Origin: an uncultured Dehalococcoidia bacterium
GTDB lineage: Bacteria; Chloroflexota; Dehalococcoidia; Lucifugimonadales; UBA3495
Direction: 5' to 3'
DNA length: 64,000 nucleotides
NCBI GenBank assembly: GCA_951813535.1
Contig: OX638345.1
Location: forward strand, 2,899,477 to 2,963,476
Shown piece after piece: positions 62,263 to 64,000 of the stretch. The notes under the pieces were generated by a model. It saw nothing but the letters and a program-made list of their open reading frames with translations, did no database searches and was not told the DNA's origin. The translations under genes and the position numbers were made by a program. How positions within the stretch are numbered: position 1 is the stretch's first letter; the number at the start of each line of letters is the position of its first letter.

Positions 62263-63072
62263 GTGCTGACCCGCCGCATCATACCCTGCCTGGACGTTGA
62301 CGCCGGCCGCGTCGTTAAAGGCACCAGTTTCGTCAACCTGCGCGACGCCGGCGATCCGGCGGAGCTTGCAGCCCGCTATGACGTGGAAGGCGCGGACGAG
62401 TTGGTCTTCCTCGACATCACCGCCAGCAGCGATTCTCGTGACACCATGGTCGACGTGGTGCGGAGCGTGTCGGAGCAGGTTTTCATCCCGCTGACGGTGG
62501 GCGGCGGCATCCGATCCATCGAAGATGTGCGCCGAATGCTGAACGCCGGCGCCGATAAGGTATCGGTCAACACCGCCGCGATCAACACGCCCGAGTTGGT
62601 TTCCGAGGGAGCGGCGCAGTTCGGTAGCCAGTGCATCGTCACGGCCATTGACGCCCGTCGCGTCGTGCCCGGCGAAGAGTTCCCGTCGCCGAAGGACCGT
62701 ACGCTGGCGGTTGACAACGATTCCGGGTGGCAAGTCTTCACCCACGGTGGACGCAATCCCACCGGTTTGGACGCCGTCAAATGGGCGACAAGAACGGTTT
62801 CCCTGGGCTCCGGTGAAATCCTGCTGACCAGCATGGACGAAGACGGACAGCAGGGCGGTTACGACCTGGCACTGACCCGCGCCATATCGCGGGCGGTACA
62901 GGTTCCGGTGATCGCCAGCGGCGGCGCCGGTACCCTGGAGCACTTGCACGACGCCTTCACCGACGGCGAGGCCGACGCCGTATTGGCCGCCAGCATCTTC
63001 CACTTCGGAACCTACTCGATCGCGCAGGCCAAGGAATACCTGGCCGCCTGCGGCGTACCGATGCGGGTCTGA
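62263..63072 (+). CDS. hisF: imidazole glycerol phosphate synthase cyclase subunit HisF
   Basis: (V)[11 protein letters not shown]..., [12 protein letters not shown] and GGGIRS..., the canonical HisF pattern. GTG 62263 matches the family N-terminus, whereas the listed start 62155 lies upstream of the promoter element. Confidence 0.9.
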   Translation: MLTRRIIPCLDVDAGRVVKGTSFVNLRDAGDPAELAARYDVEGADELVFLDITASSDSRDTMVDVVRSVSEQVFIPLTVGGGIRSIEDVRRMLNAGADKVSVNTAAINTPELVSEGAAQFGSQCIVTAIDARRVVPGEEFPSPKDRTLAVDNDSGWQVFTHGGRNPTGLDAVKWATRTVSLGSGEILLTSMDEDGQQGGYDLALTRAISRAVQVPVIASGGAGTLEHLHDAFTDGEADAVLAASIFHFGTYSIAQAKEYLAACGVPMRV

Positions 63073-63103
63073 CCCGCAGCCAAAGCGAACCGGAGGCAGT
63101 CCA

Positions 63104-63805
63104 ATGGGCGCGATCACCACCGTAATCTTCGATATGTTCAACACGATAGCGCAGGACGGGACCGACCTGTGGCGCCAGACGTTCTCCGCAATTATCGAGG
63201 AGCAAGAACTGGAAACTACCCCGGAAGCATTGCGGCACGCCTGGGACTATGGCGCCGGCAATTTCCGGGACCGGCGGACCGCGCCGGGAGCTCCCTTCGA
63301 GTCATACCTGGACGGGTGGGCCCACGCTTTCGCCGAGGCCTTCAACGAGTTGAACCTGAGGGGCGATGCCATGGCGGCCTCGCAGAGATCAATCGACGAC
63401 CTGGGCACGCGCCCGCTGTTCCCCGAGGCAGAGGAAGCGCTGGCGATCCTGGGACAAAACCACAAACTCGCGGTGATATCGAACGCCGACGACGCCTACC
63501 TCAACCCGGTGGTCGCGCGCATACCGGTTAGTCTGGGCGCTGTCATATCCTCGGAAGCCGTGCGGTGCTACAAACCCGACCGGCGGCTCTTCGATGCGGC
63601 GCTGGATCGGCTCGGGGTGCAGCCCGCGGAGTGCGCCTACGTGGGCGACCGGCAGTTCGAGGATGTCATGGGTTCGCGGTCGGTGGGCATGACCGCGATA
63701 TGGATCAACCGGTTCGATCGCCCGGCGGACCCGGATTTGCCCACGCCGGACGCGGAGATTCGCGACCTGCTGGAATTGCCCGCCGTCCTGGCCAAACTTG
63801 CATAG
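63104..63805 (+). CDS. HAD-superfamily hydrolase
   Basis: Motif I VIFDMFNT (DxF variant), ISNAD, K at CYKPD and motif IV GDRQFEDV. Confidence 0.7.
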   Translation: MGAITTVIFDMFNTIAQDGTDLWRQTFSAIIEEQELETTPEALRHAWDYGAGNFRDRRTAPGAPFESYLDGWAHAFAEAFNELNLRGDAMAASQRSIDDLGTRPLFPEAEEALAILGQNHKLAVISNADDAYLNPVVARIPVSLGAVISSEAVRCYKPDRRLFDAALDRLGVQPAECAYVGDRQFEDVMGSRSVGMTAIWINRFDRPADPDLPTPDAEIRDLLELPAVLAKLA

Positions 63806-63826
63806 ACCTTCCTGACGGAGGACACG

Positions 63827-64000
63827 ATGAGCGAAGTAAAACTGGACGACAAAGGGTTGGTACCGGCCATCGCGCAGGACATCAACACCGGCCAAGTGCT
63901 GATGCTCGGGTACATGAACCCCGGTTCGCTCAAGAGAACCGTGGAAGGCACTCAGGTGTGGTTTTATAGCCGCAGCCAGGAAGACCTGTGGCACAAGGGC
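63827..64000 (+). CDS. hisI: phosphoribosyl-AMP cyclohydrolase HisI (5' part; runs off window)
   Basis: My translation from ATG 63827 (GGAGGA 5 nt upstream) reads MSEVKLDDKGLVPAIAQDINTGQVLMLGYMNPGSLKRTVEGTQVWFYSRSQEDLWHKG, the HisI signature. Not in the ORF track because there is no stop in the window. Confidence 0.85.
   Translation, partial: MSEVKLDDKGLVPAIAQDINTGQVLMLGYMNPGSLKRTVEGTQVWFYSRSQEDLWHKG

Noticed and set aside
1-64000. CRISPR arrays, rRNA, tmRNA, RNase P RNA or SRP RNA.
   Set aside because: I found no regularly spaced 25 to 40-bp repeats and none of the conserved cores (for example GAGGAAAGTCC for RNase P, or the GGAAGCAGCC SRP domain IV) on visual scanning. A covariance-model search was not possible here.

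Overview
GC-rich bacterial chromosomal segment. The gene content (many CaiB-type CoA-transferases, DUF35/thiolase, an LLM oxidoreductase, amidases, a rhodanese/sulfite-oxidase/cysteine-dioxygenase cluster) suggests a Chloroflexota-like organism, but this is inference only and nothing was searched. I call about 65 protein genes and find no rRNA, tRNA or CRISPR. Many long ORFs in the track are antisense shadows of real genes, as expected in GC-rich DNA.

Layout:
- Left of about 35.6 kb, 31 of 36 genes are on the minus strand: M20 peptidase, PAC2, ybeY, pgpA, nfo, secDF, cca, def, fhs, DUF35/thiolase, BrnT/BrnA, CaiB, then a long gene train running from a SorA-like gene to an FAD oxidoreductase.
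- Right of it, 23 of 29 genes are on the plus strand: LLM oxidoreductase, circularly permuted ATP-grasp plus alpha-E, rpsF-ssb-rpsR, hom-thrC-folE, a GNAT/MshA-like GT4/DUF502/PIG-L cluster, metG, polyprenyl synthase, CaiB, hisS, hisF-HAD-hisI.

Accessory content:
- An intact ISAs1-family IS (20688..21917) with 18-bp terminal inverted repeats and a 10-bp target-site duplication.
- A BrnT/BrnA toxin-antitoxin pair.
- A HEPN/MNT toxin-antitoxin pair sitting between a GatC/AtzG-like small-subunit gene and its amidase.
- An Uma2 nuclease gene inside a metabolic gene train.

Most unusual region: a 2.4-kb ORF-poor, visibly A/T-richer island (21928..24317) next to the IS. It holds two paralogous cassettes. 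Each has about 95 bp of helically phased TTCAC(A/T) direct repeats (11/21/32-bp spacing), a conserved ACGAGGC...GCCTC stem-loop, and a strong-RBS small single-pass membrane peptide (39 and 98 aa, shared MxAAxxxxGR N-terminus). I cannot assign it to any described system.

All family calls come from motif recognition by eye and are not database results.
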